From: a virus
Lineage: Duplodnaviria; Heunggongvirae; Uroviricota; Caudoviricetes
DNA: 64,000 nucleotides
Direction: 5' to 3' (one strand)
Virus record (IMG/VR): IMGVR_UViG_3300030379_000158
In this document: piece by piece, positions 22,975 through 33,348 of the stretch
Layout: each line of letters starts with the position of its first letter
How positions within the stretch are numbered: position 1 is the stretch's first letter
Translations under genes and position numbers: made by a program
The notes under the pieces: generated by a model
The model's database searches: none
What the model was told of the DNA's origin: nothing
What the model saw: only the letters and a program-made list of their open reading frames with translations

Positions 22975-23826
22975 ATGATAAATTATGTCTACGGCGAACA
23001 ACTGTACCAGGAGTTCGTCAGCTTCAGGGATCTCTTTCTAAAAAAAGCTGTTGCACGCGCCCAACACGTTGATACAGCCAGCGACGGTCGTCCTGTACGC
23101 CCGGTTGTCGTTCTACCGTTCAAAGAAACTGACAGCATTCAGGCTGAAATTGATAAATGGACTTTAATGGCGCGGGAACTGGAACAGTACCCAGACCTCA
23201 ATATCCCAAAGACTATTTTATATCCAGTGCCTAACATCCTTCGCGGTGTGCGTAAGGTTACAACTTATCAGACAGAAGCTGTGAACAGCGTCAACATGAC
23301 CGCTGGCCGCATTATTCATCTGATTGATAAGGACATTCGCATCCAAAAAAGCGCGGGGATCAATGAGCACAGTGCGAAATACATAGAGAACCTGGAAGCA
23401 ACAAAAGAGCTAATGAAGCAGTACCCGGAGGATGAAAAATTCCGTATGCGCGTACACGGCTTTAGCGAAACAATGCTGCGCGTCCACTACATTTCCAGTA
23501 GCCCTAACTACAATGATGGTAAATCAGTTAGTTACCATGTGCCACTGTGTGGCGTGTTTATCTGCGATGAAACTCTCCGTGATGGAATTATCATCAACGG
23601 TGAATTCGAAAAAGCAAAATTTAGCCTTTATGACTCCATAGAACCGATCATCTGCGACCGCTGGCCGCAAGCAAAAATATATCGCCTGGCAGATATTGAA
23701 AATGTAAAAAAACAAATTGCCATCACTCGCGAAGAGAAAAAGGTTAAGTCAGCCGCATCAGTTACGCGCAGCCGTAAAACCAAGAAGGGGCAGCCAGTAA
23801 ACGACAACCCCGAAAGCGCGCAATAA
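22975..23826 (+). CDS. c1: C1 repressor of lytic functions
   Basis: 283 aa, MINYVYGEQLYQEFVSFRDLFLKKAVARAQHVD..., matches recalled P1 C1 in length and sequence. Confidence 0.95.
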   Translation: MINYVYGEQLYQEFVSFRDLFLKKAVARAQHVDTASDGRPVRPVVVLPFKETDSIQAEIDKWTLMARELEQYPDLNIPKTILYPVPNILRGVRKVTTYQTEAVNSVNMTAGRIIHLIDKDIRIQKSAGINEHSAKYIENLEATKELMKQYPEDEKFRMRVHGFSETMLRVHYISSSPNYNDGKSVSYHVPLCGVFICDETLRDGIIINGEFEKAKFSLYDSIEPIICDRWPQAKIYRLADIENVKKQIAITREEKKVKSAASVTRSRKTKKGQPVNDNPESAQ

Positions 23827-23858
23827 ATTATGCCCGGCATCAACCGGGCATTCTTCCA

Positions 23859-24977
23859 TTATTCAGCCGCCACCGGTTTTAACAAGCCAGCATCGAGCAG
23901 TTTACGCGTCAACCACTGCTGGCCTTTACCCGTTAATTGAGGCGTCAACCGTATCTGGTAGCCATCTTCATCATCCAGCACCACTTCTTTCACCGTGAAA
24001 TACCCCGCGTTGATGTACTGCTGGAACGGCACATTTTTACGTCCACCGGACGCTATCAGGATGCCGTTCTCCCGTAACCAGACAAACAGCGCGTTTTGTT
24101 TAAGTCCAACAACCTTTGCAAAATTCCCAATCAGGATCCCTTTAGCTACTGATACCCGGTCGGCAAAATCGACTTTAGGAGCGGCGGCCACCAGCTGCTG
24201 ATTTAGCTGGTGGGCTTTCTGTTCCAGAAGTTGCTTTTGTTCAGCCAGTTCGGCAGCCAGGCGTAGGGCTTCAGGAAGCGTCTGGGGGATTGCGATCGGT
24301 TGCTGTTCTTTTTGTCGGAAGTAGCTGTCTTCCAGTTTTTCAAAGAATGCCCATGCCTGATCGGTTTCGAGCATTTTAGCGTGGCGGGCTGCGCCGCGTT
24401 CTGTCCAGAGGGTGAGTGAGCGAACATTGCGAGCAATTTTTACAGAGTAGTTTAAAGCTACTCTGTGCTTCAACTCGCGCAATGATTCTCCTTCAACTTT
24501 GAAAAAGTGCTTCCCTTCAACAAAGCGTACTTTGTTCTCATGATGATTTTGGCGAATACGGATTGTTTCTGTCCCATACCCTCTAGCAAGAGTCTCGGTT
24601 GTCACTACACGCACTCCCTGCCATTCCAGAACGGGAATTTCATCAGACTGATTCTGAACAACCACCAGCTCCGATTCTTGAACTGAAGGTGCATGAATTT
24701 TTTCTGATTTAACGTTAGTTGCTTTCATTCTGTGTGCCTCCTTGCGTGCTTCGGCTGCGGCGGTTGCGTAATTCAGATGACCCTGTTCGAGCAGGTATTC
24801 GCGGATATCAGACAACAGGATACGGTGAACCGCGTTCTTGTCCTTTCTCCGGTAAAGTTGTTTGGTGATCATGAAGTAATTGGCAATAACGCCTGGTATA
24901 TCCCTGGTACTGATACAGGCAGTGTGCTGTTCAATTGCCTCGATCATCTCTTCACGGGTGACTAATGACGTTCTCAT
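23859..24977 (-). CDS. Antirepressor-like protein (ORF6N/Rha-like N-domain plus KilAC-type C-domain), 372 aa
   Basis: Central EWQGVRVVTTETLARGYGTETIRIRQNHHENKVRFVEGKHFFKVEGESLRELK and C-terminal NVPFQQYINAGYFTVKEVVLDDEDGYQIRLTPQLTGKGQQWL resemble phage antirepressor domains. Translationally coupled to the upstream 74-aa ORF. Confidence 0.55.
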   Translation of the reverse strand: MRTSLVTREEMIEAIEQHTACISTRDIPGVIANYFMITKQLYRRKDKNAVHRILLSDIREYLLEQGHLNYATAAAEARKEAHRMKATNVKSEKIHAPSVQESELVVVQNQSDEIPVLEWQGVRVVTTETLARGYGTETIRIRQNHHENKVRFVEGKHFFKVEGESLRELKHRVALNYSVKIARNVRSLTLWTERGAARHAKMLETDQAWAFFEKLEDSYFRQKEQQPIAIPQTLPEALRLAAELAEQKQLLEQKAHQLNQQLVAAAPKVDFADRVSVAKGILIGNFAKVVGLKQNALFVWLRENGILIASGGRKNVPFQQYINAGYFTVKEVVLDDEDGYQIRLTPQLTGKGQQWLTRKLLDAGLLKPVAAE

Positions 24978-25195
24978 AGTCCCTCCTGAGCAGAAGCGTT
25001 AACAGGGAGGCACCAGTAACTGAGAGAATTGCGTGAATCAGTGGAAAAACGGGCAGAGAAAATACATGGGGCGTCAGGAAGCTGAGAGCGGGCCTCATCT
25101 TCTGTCGGTGCAATAACGAAGTGATAGTGACGTTTTTGGCAGGAGTAAAAGCGCCAGATAAATTCAGGATGAGTTGGGGTAGGGATAGTAGCCAT
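24974..25195 (-). CDS. Icd-like small protein (74 aa)
   Basis: ATG at 25195 preceded by AGGAGG; stop overlaps start of the antirepressor-like gene. Arrangement mimics icd-ant of P1 immI. Confidence 0.5.
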   Translation of the reverse strand: MATIPTPTHPEFIWRFYSCQKRHYHFVIAPTEDEARSQLPDAPCIFSARFSTDSRNSLSYWCLPVNASAQEGL

Positions 25196-25249
25196 ATTGG
25201 CAGCCTCCTTAGACGTTGGTATGTAACCACCGCAGAAGAGACCAATCTT

Positions 25250-25345
25250 GCTGGCGGTGGACTGTACGGAGTTGGCCTTACTGGCGTCCAAGGTAACCAG
25301 CCTACCCGAAGGTAGCCCCATACAGCCCACCATTGTAGAGGTGTG
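25250..25345 (-). ncRNA. Candidate c4-like structured antisense RNA in the leader of the icd/ant-like operon
   Basis: Minus-strand leader has a 7-bp closing stem (ggctgta/tacagtc) enclosing hairpins such as ctacc-ttcgg-ggtag, and a segment attggcctccc partly complementary to the downstream RBS taaggaggctgccaat. Confidence 0.3.
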
Positions 25346-25514
25346 CGTGTACGCCGATACAAAAAAAAGACGCGAGCGGCGTCTGTATCGCCTTAGACTT
25401 AAGCGGGAGGCCAATCCCGGCACCCGTTTTAATGAGGTGCCTGATAAGCATAAACCGAAAATGCCTCAAGGCGCAAGAGGTCAGGCTCAATGTAACATCG
25501 GTAGTTAAAAAACA

Positions 25515-25531
25515 CAATTTATTAGAGCAAA
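25515..25531 (-). promoter_or_regulatory. C1 operator upstream of the icd/ant-like operon
   Basis: caatttattagagcaaa, 15/17. Confidence 0.6.
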
Positions 25532-25537
25532 TATTCA

Positions 25538-27019
25538 TTAATTAAGCCATGCCAGAGCTTCATCAACCTGCGCTTCGTCTTCGACGCTAAGCACTTCATC
25601 CTGGGGAACATAATCAGCCAGCATAGCGAAACAATATGTATCCCAATGGTCTGGTGAGTGCAGGTTGAGTTTTTTCTTCATATCCTCCTTACTCATCACC
25701 TTCCATTGACCTGCGGAGTTAATCCCTACAGGGATTTTCGACGCTTCCTCAATAGTTTCATTACCCTTATCCAGTCTCATACGACCAGATTTTACGGCCT
25801 CTGCGGCTTGAACGTTGGCATAAGCACGTTTATCAAAGTACAGGCTCTTATCTTCACGGCTATGCATCTTTTTACCCCAGCGTATACGCTGTACGGTAAT
25901 ACCATAATACTCGTACATCAGATCCGCCGTTGCTTTACCCAGGCCATCGCCGTCTATCGCTATGGTGATATTGGGGAATCGCTCAGGATTACATTCTGCG
26001 AAAATTTTGGCGGCAAGCTGCGTTTCTGTAACGTCTGTGTATTCCAGCATTCGATAGTTGATTACACGGCGTTTATTTCGCTGGCCGGACACCATCATGA
26101 TATTGATAACGGACTTATCCCGTCCCGTACCACCAGCAACGTCCACACATGCAAGCCAGCCCCATCCTTTTGCAATCTTGACTTTCCGCCGCGTTGCACG
26201 TTCAACCTCATCACGCCCAAGAAGGAAGCCATCCTGTGATTTAGGGAATAGGCCGCGTACCTTAATCATGTACATAGGGTTATCACGCCCGCCGTACTCC
26301 GCCAGCTTCATTTTGATAAATGCTGGCGTTACCAACGGTGATTCCTCACTGTTAAGCGTGATCGCCGTATAAACGCCATCAGGGTTACCAGGACGCTTGG
26401 CCAGTTTATGGTGTGTATCGTAGAAATAGCCGCTTGGGCGTGTAGGCTGTGACAGCAATAAGATGCGGTTATCCTGTCCGGTAAGAGCACCGGTGATGAT
26501 ACCGAAAGCTCTATCACTGACACCGGAGGCTTCATCGATAATATACAGAAGATGATCTGCGTGTTCACCGGCGAGAGCTTCTTCACTTCCCAGACGAAAG
26601 CCCTTCGGTACTACAGTCCATACACCTTTACCAGTAACCTCATAGAAAGCGGTTTCTGTCAGAACAAAATAATCAGCAAGCCATGGAAAACGGCTGGTGG
26701 CAGTAGCCCAGTTTATCTTGATGTACTTGAATATACCGGTCATTACCTGCTGAATTTTGTTCGCAACGATAATGGCGCGGGCACCGGGATACATGATTAT
26801 GAACAACATGATCATGATAGAAGTCATGTCTGATTTCCCGGTACCGTGACCAGACGAAACAGATGTCTTGCTACCCTGTTCCTGCACAGACTCAATAATC
26901 AGATCCTGCTGCCAGGTAGGTGTTTTGCCGAACAAAACATCAGCGGCAGCAATCCAGTCATAACGATATAGCGCCACCAGCTCGCGCCAACGTGGATCCG
27001 TTACGCAACTTCTGGCCAT
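25538..27019 (-). CDS. pacB: Terminase large subunit PacB
   Basis: 493 aa with ATPase Walker-like region; directly downstream of pacA, start overlapping pacA stop. Confidence 0.85.
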   Translation of the reverse strand: MARSCVTDPRWRELVALYRYDWIAAADVLFGKTPTWQQDLIIESVQEQGSKTSVSSGHGTGKSDMTSIMIMLFIIMYPGARAIIVANKIQQVMTGIFKYIKINWATATSRFPWLADYFVLTETAFYEVTGKGVWTVVPKGFRLGSEEALAGEHADHLLYIIDEASGVSDRAFGIITGALTGQDNRILLLSQPTRPSGYFYDTHHKLAKRPGNPDGVYTAITLNSEESPLVTPAFIKMKLAEYGGRDNPMYMIKVRGLFPKSQDGFLLGRDEVERATRRKVKIAKGWGWLACVDVAGGTGRDKSVINIMMVSGQRNKRRVINYRMLEYTDVTETQLAAKIFAECNPERFPNITIAIDGDGLGKATADLMYEYYGITVQRIRWGKKMHSREDKSLYFDKRAYANVQAAEAVKSGRMRLDKGNETIEEASKIPVGINSAGQWKVMSKEDMKKKLNLHSPDHWDTYCFAMLADYVPQDEVLSVEDEAQVDEALAWLN

Positions 27020-28212
27020 TAATCATCATCCCCGTATAGCTTGCGGGTAACTTCTTCGTCTTCCTCCTCGTCTTCGTCCAGGTCTTGTTCCAGCCATGGG
27101 TCGTTTGATACACCTTCAGTATCAACATCTCCATAACCGCCTGTATCAACGATATCGGCGATTTCTTCCCTACGCTGCTCAATCCACAATGCGGCATCGG
27201 CGCGGCGGTTGGCGGCCCGTTCTCGCGCAACTTTGTCCAGATCTTCAAGAGAAGGGCCACCGACGGCTGTTTGCCTTTCCTCATCATCGGTATTGGTCTT
27301 AGGAGCACGCAGATCGGCTTTGATTTGCTCCAGCATCAGGGGCGGAACTTTCCCACCATGCGCCTCGATGAATTCAGCTGCTTCCAGCACTGACCAGTTA
27401 TTTTCACGCTTTCGTTCGTATGCCAGCTTAACAATGCCAGCTTGCCCCATAGACAAAGCGTGCTTTTCCGCCTCCCGGCTTTCTTTTCGATAGTTATTCC
27501 GGATGCTGTAAATGGTGTTGATCAGACTGCTTATCTGCGCGGAACAGCTGTTTAGCATGCTCGCGATACGGTATTCAGGCGGAGTACCTCCATCATCGTC
27601 TTTTTGCTGATCGCGCATTTCCTGCACCAGGCGAATACACGTATCCCTGGCGTTCTCCAGCATAAGGAGATGAGAAAGAGACTTTTCAAGAAGAGTGGTT
27701 TCCAGAACATCGGCCCCGGACCGACGCAACATAGCGCGCGCGGCCTTCCGCGCTTCAACGCTATCTATCAGGTAATCGCCAGCTTCGAATTCAAAGCGTT
27801 CACCATCATCATCCAGGGTGTCGCGTTCCAGACGATCACGTAAGGTCCGGTGGGCGCGGGTGATCACGTCATGATCATCTGAACGATCATTTATGCGCTT
27901 ATTTTGGCGCTTCGCATTCTCGACTGCGGCACTGACAACGGCATTAACTCTCTGTTTTTCCGCTATTTCAGCCGCAATATGATCACCTGCATGTTGATCA
28001 TTAGAGTGATCAATGATCATGCCTTTTAGTGGCTTCCTGACTGGCTTATTTGGCTTGCGGCTGTCCGCAGTCCTGGTGTCTTCTTTGAAGGCACGGAGAT
28101 AACGACGTGCGGTATTAGGGTTAAGATTAAACTCGGCGGCATACTGTGCGATGGTGTAACCACCATCTCGCGCCAGGCGAGCAAAATTCTTCTTGTGATC
28201 GTCCCAGGTCAC
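27019..28212 (-). CDS. pacA: Terminase small subunit / pac-recognition protein PacA
   Basis: 397 aa, N-terminal HTH-like region, acidic C-terminus; pac site embedded in the 5' coding region. Confidence 0.85.
   Translation of the reverse strand: MTWDDHKKNFARLARDGGYTIAQYAAEFNLNPNTARRYLRAFKEDTRTADSRKPNKPVRKPLKGMIIDHSNDQHAGDHIAAEIAEKQRVNAVVSAAVENAKRQNKRINDRSDDHDVITRAHRTLRDRLERDTLDDDGERFEFEAGDYLIDSVEARKAARAMLRRSGADVLETTLLEKSLSHLLMLENARDTCIRLVQEMRDQQKDDDGGTPPEYRIASMLNSCSAQISSLINTIYSIRNNYRKESREAEKHALSMGQAGIVKLAYERKRENNWSVLEAAEFIEAHGGKVPPLMLEQIKADLRAPKTNTDDEERQTAVGGPSLEDLDKVARERAANRRADAALWIEQRREEIADIVDTGGYGDVDTEGVSNDPWLEQDLDEDEEEDEEVTRKLYGDDD
27833..28020. other. pac: pac packaging site: two clusters of TGATCA/G (Dam) hexamers
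   Basis: Four GATC-containing hexamers at 27833-27891 and four at 27979-28020, flanking a ~90-bp spacer. Confidence 0.65.
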
Positions 28213-28297
28213 TTATGCTTCCTTTCGTAAAAACTCTTTTTGACGCGAGGGTAACGAAAGTCACATGTCAAAAGGCCCGGAACGGGCAAGCAATCAA

Positions 28298-28750
28298 TCA
28301 GATACGTGCGGATGTGGCATTACCGTAATGACGGTGCTGACGGGCCACCTTATTGAAAAGTTGACGCGCCATTACCCAAGGCTGGTGCTCCCGGCGTTCC
28401 TTTTCGTCCTGCGTCATATAGAGTTCGTTCTGGAGTTTTTCATCAAACCGGCGCGGAGCGCGGCTGCGGCGAAAGAATTCAGGATTCAGAGAGTGGATCT
28501 GAAATCTACGTGGGCGTGTACTGTCATCAATCAAAACAGACGAATACTTAGACACAGCGATAGCCTTTAAGCGCAGATAAACATCGCGCTTATCGACATC
28601 CAGATGCGGGTATTCCTTTTCAAGAATTGCTGCGAGTTCTTTCGCTGATAGAAGAGATTTAGTGCGGATCATGTAATCCGCAATCTCGTACGATGTTATT
28701 CGTGAGTGATTTATTTCCATGAAGTGGCGTCCCTGCCAGTTAAGTAACAT
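28298..28750 (-). CDS. lpa: Late promoter activator Lpa-like protein (150 aa)
   Basis: 150-aa ORF with a C1 operator immediately upstream; size and position match recalled P1 lpa. Confidence 0.5.
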   Translation of the reverse strand: MLLNWQGRHFMEINHSRITSYEIADYMIRTKSLLSAKELAAILEKEYPHLDVDKRDVYLRLKAIAVSKYSSVLIDDSTRPRRFQIHSLNPEFFRRSRAPRRFDEKLQNELYMTQDEKERREHQPWVMARQLFNKVARQHRHYGNATSARI

Positions 28751-28820
28751 CCTGTCACCTACTGATTAGCCCATGTCAACTAATCAACGTCGAATATAAT
28801 ACCATCGATTAAAGAAATAG

Positions 28821-28837
28821 CAATGCATTAGAGCAAT
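28821..28837 (-). promoter_or_regulatory. C1 operator upstream of lpa
   Basis: caatgcattagagcaat, 14/17. Confidence 0.55.
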
Positions 28838-28838
28838 T

Positions 28839-29882
28839 TCATCTAACGCTCGACGAATGACTTGTGATAGCGCCGACTCCAAGCGCGTAATCAAAGAACA
28901 ATCGTTGATGCATCGCCAGCCTACCGTGCGTCTTCTCCCAATTATCGCGGTCACGCTCAATATCACGCTGGCATGACTGGCACAGAGGAATAGCATAAAT
29001 GTCATGCGCGCATAATCGACTATGACGAACGATATAAGGCGTAATGTGAGCGCCAGCTCCCGCAGCTCCACAGCCACAGCATGGACGGGAAGCCACAAAA
29101 TCCATGTACTCGGGCAATTTTAGCGATTGAAGTTTTGGTATTTTGAAATGCGCCATGCTAGGGTCGGAGTCAACATCCACAGGGCATACTTTTGCACGCA
29201 TCGGCGCGGCGCGTTCTTCCATCATCTGAACATATGCTGTAGCGCGATCGTCATACGGGCGAATATCCGCCTCTTTCAGAGGTCCACTATCCTGCGGAGT
29301 AGCCTTCATCTTATTTATTGATATGCGGCAGACTTCTTCCGGCATCAGGTGCATCATGTTGCGCATGAAAGCCCACCAGCACAGCTCCTGAATACTTAAA
29401 TCATGGCTATTTGAAAGGCCCATTTCCTGACGGGCGACATCCAGTATCCAGTTAACGCGATTATTGTGCAGCGTTTCTTTCAGCTCATTAAAACCACGCA
29501 TCCGGTAATGGTTATCGTGATGCCAGCACAACAACACCGCGCTATTGTCTCGTTCAGCGTGGACAATATGGTTGTCACACCAACTACGATCTGCGGCCTG
29601 GCATTGACCCTCTTTCCTACGCAACCACGCAACCAGCGCGTCAATTCCACCAATACGGCGAAACAGTTCATCGCTGTTAAAAAACGGCTGCAACGCCTCA
29701 TTTGTTGCCATGGTTTGCTCGGTAACAACGAGGCCGTCTTCCATGTGCTCGATTAACTCACGCGGCACCGGCTCCATAATAAATTTACGGCCAGCCTCCA
29801 CCAGCTTTCTGACCTCCTGATCCACTTTGAACGTGGCGAGGCCAAGCTCTTTCTGTACAAAGGGAGTAATTACGGCTTTCAC
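28839..29882 (-). CDS. Hypothetical Cys-rich protein (pdcA-like position)
   Basis: 347-aa ORF with C-terminal Cys/His cluster [38 protein letters not shown]. Confidence 0.5.
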   Translation of the reverse strand: MKAVITPFVQKELGLATFKVDQEVRKLVEAGRKFIMEPVPRELIEHMEDGLVVTEQTMATNEALQPFFNSDELFRRIGGIDALVAWLRRKEGQCQAADRSWCDNHIVHAERDNSAVLLCWHHDNHYRMRGFNELKETLHNNRVNWILDVARQEMGLSNSHDLSIQELCWWAFMRNMMHLMPEEVCRISINKMKATPQDSGPLKEADIRPYDDRATAYVQMMEERAAPMRAKVCPVDVDSDPSMAHFKIPKLQSLKLPEYMDFVASRPCCGCGAAGAGAHITPYIVRHSRLCAHDIYAIPLCQSCQRDIERDRDNWEKTHGRLAMHQRLFFDYALGVGAITSHSSSVR

Positions 29883-29909
29883 ATCACACCTTTAATCACT
29901 GATTGGGCT

Positions 29910-30110
29910 TTATCTGCTGCCCGGCATTCTCTGTTTAAGCACAGCCATTTCCTGACGGCATAACACAGCAATAGCGGTCCTGGCACCAATTTGCCTACCA
30001 ACCAGGTATTGCTTTACCTCGCGGCGACTCACGCCATCAAGAAGCATCTTTAACGCTTCACGGGACAACTTGTTGTATTTACGTGCCATTAATCTACTCC
30101 GCAGAACCAT
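29910..30110 (-). CDS. Hypothetical small protein (pdcB-like position)
   Basis: 66-aa ORF overlapping doc stop by 17 nt. Confidence 0.3.
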
Positions 30111-30474
30111 ACAATCTACGTAACGTGTCGGCGACAGAAGATACAGATATCTCGCCAGTCGCAGCGCCTACGGTAAGGTCTGCCAGTTCAGGTGAATCAA
30201 ATACCTGCACCCCGTTACGGCGTAGAAATAGCAGCGCACTGTTTAGCGCGGTACGCTTATTGGCATCATTGAATATATGCCCTCTCGCTGTAGCCACCAG
30301 GTAGGTGGCGGAGACTTCGAAAAGGTCGGTGATCTCTTCGTAGGCAACTCTGGCCTGAACTCTCCCGATAATGGCCTCTGCCCTACCCGGATCTGACATT
30401 CCCGGCAGGCCGCCGTAGCGGCTTATATTCGCATCATGAAGCGCAATAAGTTCTTCCGGTGATATATGCCTCAT
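30094..30474 (-). CDS. doc: Doc toxin (Fic-fold kinase) of the phd-doc addiction module
   Basis: 126 aa, [39 protein letters not shown]... Confidence 0.92.
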
Positions 30475-30695
30475 TATCGGTTAACCAGTTCCTTGTTGGT
30501 GGAGTCCAGAGTGTCAAACAGGGATGCAAATTCAGCATCCAGCGCCGCTTTTTTGTAGGCTTCGAAAGTAGCCTTGCTGACAATTACTGCTGGCTCACGG
30601 CCTCTGCGGGTGATTTCAACCTCTTCCCCGGCTTCAACATTGTTGAGCACTTCAGAAAGGTTGCCGCGCGCGGTACGGAAGTTAATGGATTGCAT
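30474..30695 (-). CDS. phd: Phd antitoxin
   Basis: 73 aa, [49 protein letters not shown]...; stop overlaps doc start. Confidence 0.92.
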
Positions 30696-30767
30696 AAACA
30701 CCTCGTGTACTCGTTATGTGTACACAATTATAAACTTCACAGGCATAAAGCACCAGCACTTTGCAGC

Positions 30768-31157
30768 TTAAATCACCGGACAATCATCAAACTCCCCACT
30801 TCGGGCATCATTGATGACATGAGTGATCACACCAAAAACAGCATTACTGCCCGTGCATCCATCGTCATCTACTGGTAACGCCTCTTTCTTCCCGGTGCTT
30901 AAATCCTCCAGGTGCTGGCGCGGATACTTCCTGTATCTCTTTATGCGATATTCACCCTCCATAGCGCACACAAGCAGAGAACCATCAACCGGAGTAAGCG
31001 AGGAATCAACCACCAGCAAAGCACCCTGCAATATTCCCTCACGGTGATGGCTATCAGCTGCCCGCATGAAGTAGGTTGCTGATGGATGCCTGATTAGTTG
31101 CTGATCAAGAGAAATTCGGCTTTCAACATAATCCGCCGCAGGAGAAGGGAAGCCCAT
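30768..31157 (-). CDS. humD: UmuD-like protein HumD
   Basis: 129 aa with S24 peptidase-like core; LexA box immediately upstream. Confidence 0.8.
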   Translation of the reverse strand: MGFPSPAADYVESRISLDQQLIRHPSATYFMRAADSHHREGILQGALLVVDSSLTPVDGSLLVCAMEGEYRIKRYRKYPRQHLEDLSTGKKEALPVDDDGCTGSNAVFGVITHVINDARSGEFDDCPVI

Positions 31158-31176
31158 AGCGTTTCCACCTCAATAA

Positions 31177-31196
31177 TACTGTTCATTTATACAGTA
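31177..31196. promoter_or_regulatory. LexA (SOS) box
   Basis: TACTGTTCATTTATACAGTA, perfect CTGT-N8-ACAG, 20 bp upstream of the humD start. Confidence 0.8.
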
Positions 31197-31508
31197 TACA
31201 TTAAAGAGACACCTTTGGTGCAAACGCGTTACGTACATCAACCACCGCTGATGATTTTGTGCGCTTTGCTACTATTCATCACCAACGGATCAGCGTAACC
31301 TCGTTGCCAATCAGTTAATAAGGAATTAGCTATGCCTAATCGCATTCCTCTCGATCCTGTATTGCCCAAAAATTTTGACTGCACTCCTAACGAGAAACGC
31401 TTTAAAGCTCAGCTGGACGCCTAGTGGGACCATCCATATGGGGTTACACAACCTGACGGGAAAATTGTAGTTTATTGTCTGAATGGTGGGGCGTGGGACC
31501 GTCCATCC

Positions 31509-31916
31509 GTGCTTTGTTTGGCAGATAACTATGATGAAGCCTGTGAACTTGCCGAAAGACAGCAGGCAAGCTGGGTAAAAACACGGTCTGAACCGACATT
31601 CATGTTTTCAAAAGAACCGCCATTTATACTGGCGAGGATGTCGCAGCGACCGGATCATCAACAAGAAATTGTTGCTGAATTTTCCTCAAGGGATGAGATG
31701 AATCTCTTCTCATTAAAGCAGGAAGAAAGGGATCGCGTCGAAGTGTCTCCAACTCTCGACCACAACCGGATGAACCTGGCCCAGCTCGCCTGGTACAGCA
31801 AAGAATTAGAGATGTCTATTGCCCGGCTTGAAAACGAAAAAGCCGCTATCCAAGTCCAGCACGAAGTAGTTCTGAACCGGATTAGAGAAATGCAAAACGA
31901 TAACAGGGGATTTTGA
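31509..31916 (+). CDS. Hypothetical protein (135 aa, GTG start; alternative ATG further in)
   Basis: ORF divergent from humD; coiled-coil-like C-terminus; stop abuts start of next gene. Confidence 0.45.
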   Translation: MLCLADNYDEACELAERQQASWVKTRSEPTFMFSKEPPFILARMSQRPDHQQEIVAEFSSRDEMNLFSLKQEERDRVEVSPTLDHNRMNLAQLAWYSKELEMSIARLENEKAAIQVQHEVVLNRIREMQNDNRGF

Positions 31917-32273
31917 ATGGCTAAAATCGAGTACCATCGCGATCGCAGTAATTACCTGGAAATATACGATCATGAATCTCTTAACGATATCAACGATGCG
32001 TTATATGAATACTGTGAAAAAACGAGCATCACAGATGCACCTGATGCATTTGTCGAGCTGCCGGTATATCTCCGCGACATCTATGCAATACGAACACCGC
32101 CCGTATCGGTGATTCACATTGGCTATGTCCGCCTGTCCATCGAAGAAGATGAAGATCGTTATATCGTGCGCCACTATACATTGGACAGAAAAGAACTTCC
32201 TAATGAATGGAACATGAGTAATTTCTACAACGGTGAATATGGCTTAAAATCCGCTAATAATTTACGGTCATAA
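31917..32273 (+). CDS. Hypothetical protein (118 aa)
   Basis: AT-rich ORF coupled to the upstream ORF (TGA then ATG). Confidence 0.45.
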   Translation: MAKIEYHRDRSNYLEIYDHESLNDINDALYEYCEKTSITDAPDAFVELPVYLRDIYAIRTPPVSVIHIGYVRLSIEEDEDRYIVRHYTLDRKELPNEWNMSNFYNGEYGLKSANNLRS

Positions 32274-33135
32274 TCTATACAGGCATGTATAACAACAACG
32301 AGCCTATTAGCTGTCAACAACGTTATTTCCTCAAATAAGAAAAAGCAGAAAACAAATTGTTTAAGGTCACAAATTGTGGCCTTGATGGAGGAGGGAGGCT
32401 TATTGGCTATGGCTAAAAATCAAATTAGACACTTCATGTTGCTGTAGCTCATCAAGATCCGAGGCCACAAAACCTTTTCCGAAAAACTTCACAAGTAACT
32501 CACTAGCCGCATCATTGTCACCTATTACACGAAAGTCATACGGCAACGTCGCAAGTTGACGATGTAATCCTGCTGAGAAAGTCGAATCTAACAGCGCCCA
32601 GAATTCCCACCGCAGGATAATACTCGCCTCTTAATACTGTATATATGTTGTTACGATATGTTTTTCTGTCTCTAAAAAAAGATGTTAATAGAATGCTAAC
32701 CATTGAAGGGGATAAAAATATACAATTCCAACAAACGTTATTTTTAACAATTTTTTTCTTTGCGTTGACTTTCCCGGACACCTTGTCTGACCGAAGGTGC
32801 GCGAAAGCCACTTTTTCCTTCCTGAGTTATCCACAAAGTTATGCACTTGCAAGAGGGCCATTTTCTACATATTGTGGTGGCTAACAGATGAAATGAATGT
32901 AGATTAATTGAAGATAAGGAGAAAATTTGAGATGCAATCATGACGTTAATAGATAGGGTCTGCATTACAGACCCCACCCGCATCAAGGAATTAGCCGTTC
33001 CCTGATGTTTTTCCGAAAACATGTGCCGTAAGCTCACGTTAACGACTTTCATTCACCGAATCCAACTATATAGGGGTTGGGTTTCTACGTCAACGTGAGC
33101 AAGTGCACCTTTACATTTGACAAGGAACCACCTGA

Positions 33136-33273
33136 ATGAACGCTTTTTTTCAGTTCCTGAGTGCATTTTTAGATGCGCCTATTATTAGCCAGATTCTGGC
33201 TATTATCCTCATCATCGTTTTGATTTTGCTTTTAAGGTCAGTAAAAAATGGAATTATGCACTGGCTTACTTAA
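33136..33273 (+). CDS. Small hydrophobic peptide (45 aa), candidate membrane toxin-like ORF
   Basis: MNAFFQFLSAFLDAPIISQILAIILIIVLILLLRSVKNGIMHWLT; AAGGA upstream; flanked by long inverted repeats in an ORF-poor AT-rich gap. Confidence 0.3.
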   Translation: MNAFFQFLSAFLDAPIISQILAIILIIVLILLLRSVKNGIMHWLT

Positions 33274-33348
33274 TGTTTCAGTGAAACATTAAAATCTCCT
33301 TGATGTGGAAACAATCATTTTCTGTATGTGCTGGTGGGCACCTGTAGT

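Noticed and set aside
24952-25423. Overlapping 136-aa and 149-aa ORFs upstream of the antirepressor-like gene
   Set aside because: Only the 3' 74 codons of the 149-aa frame have an AGGAGG and a sensible start; the rest is treated as leader or structured-RNA sequence.
32536-33052. ORFs of 79-102 aa in the AT-rich gap
   Set aside because: No RBS, low-complexity translations, overlapping each other on both strands; likely non-coding.
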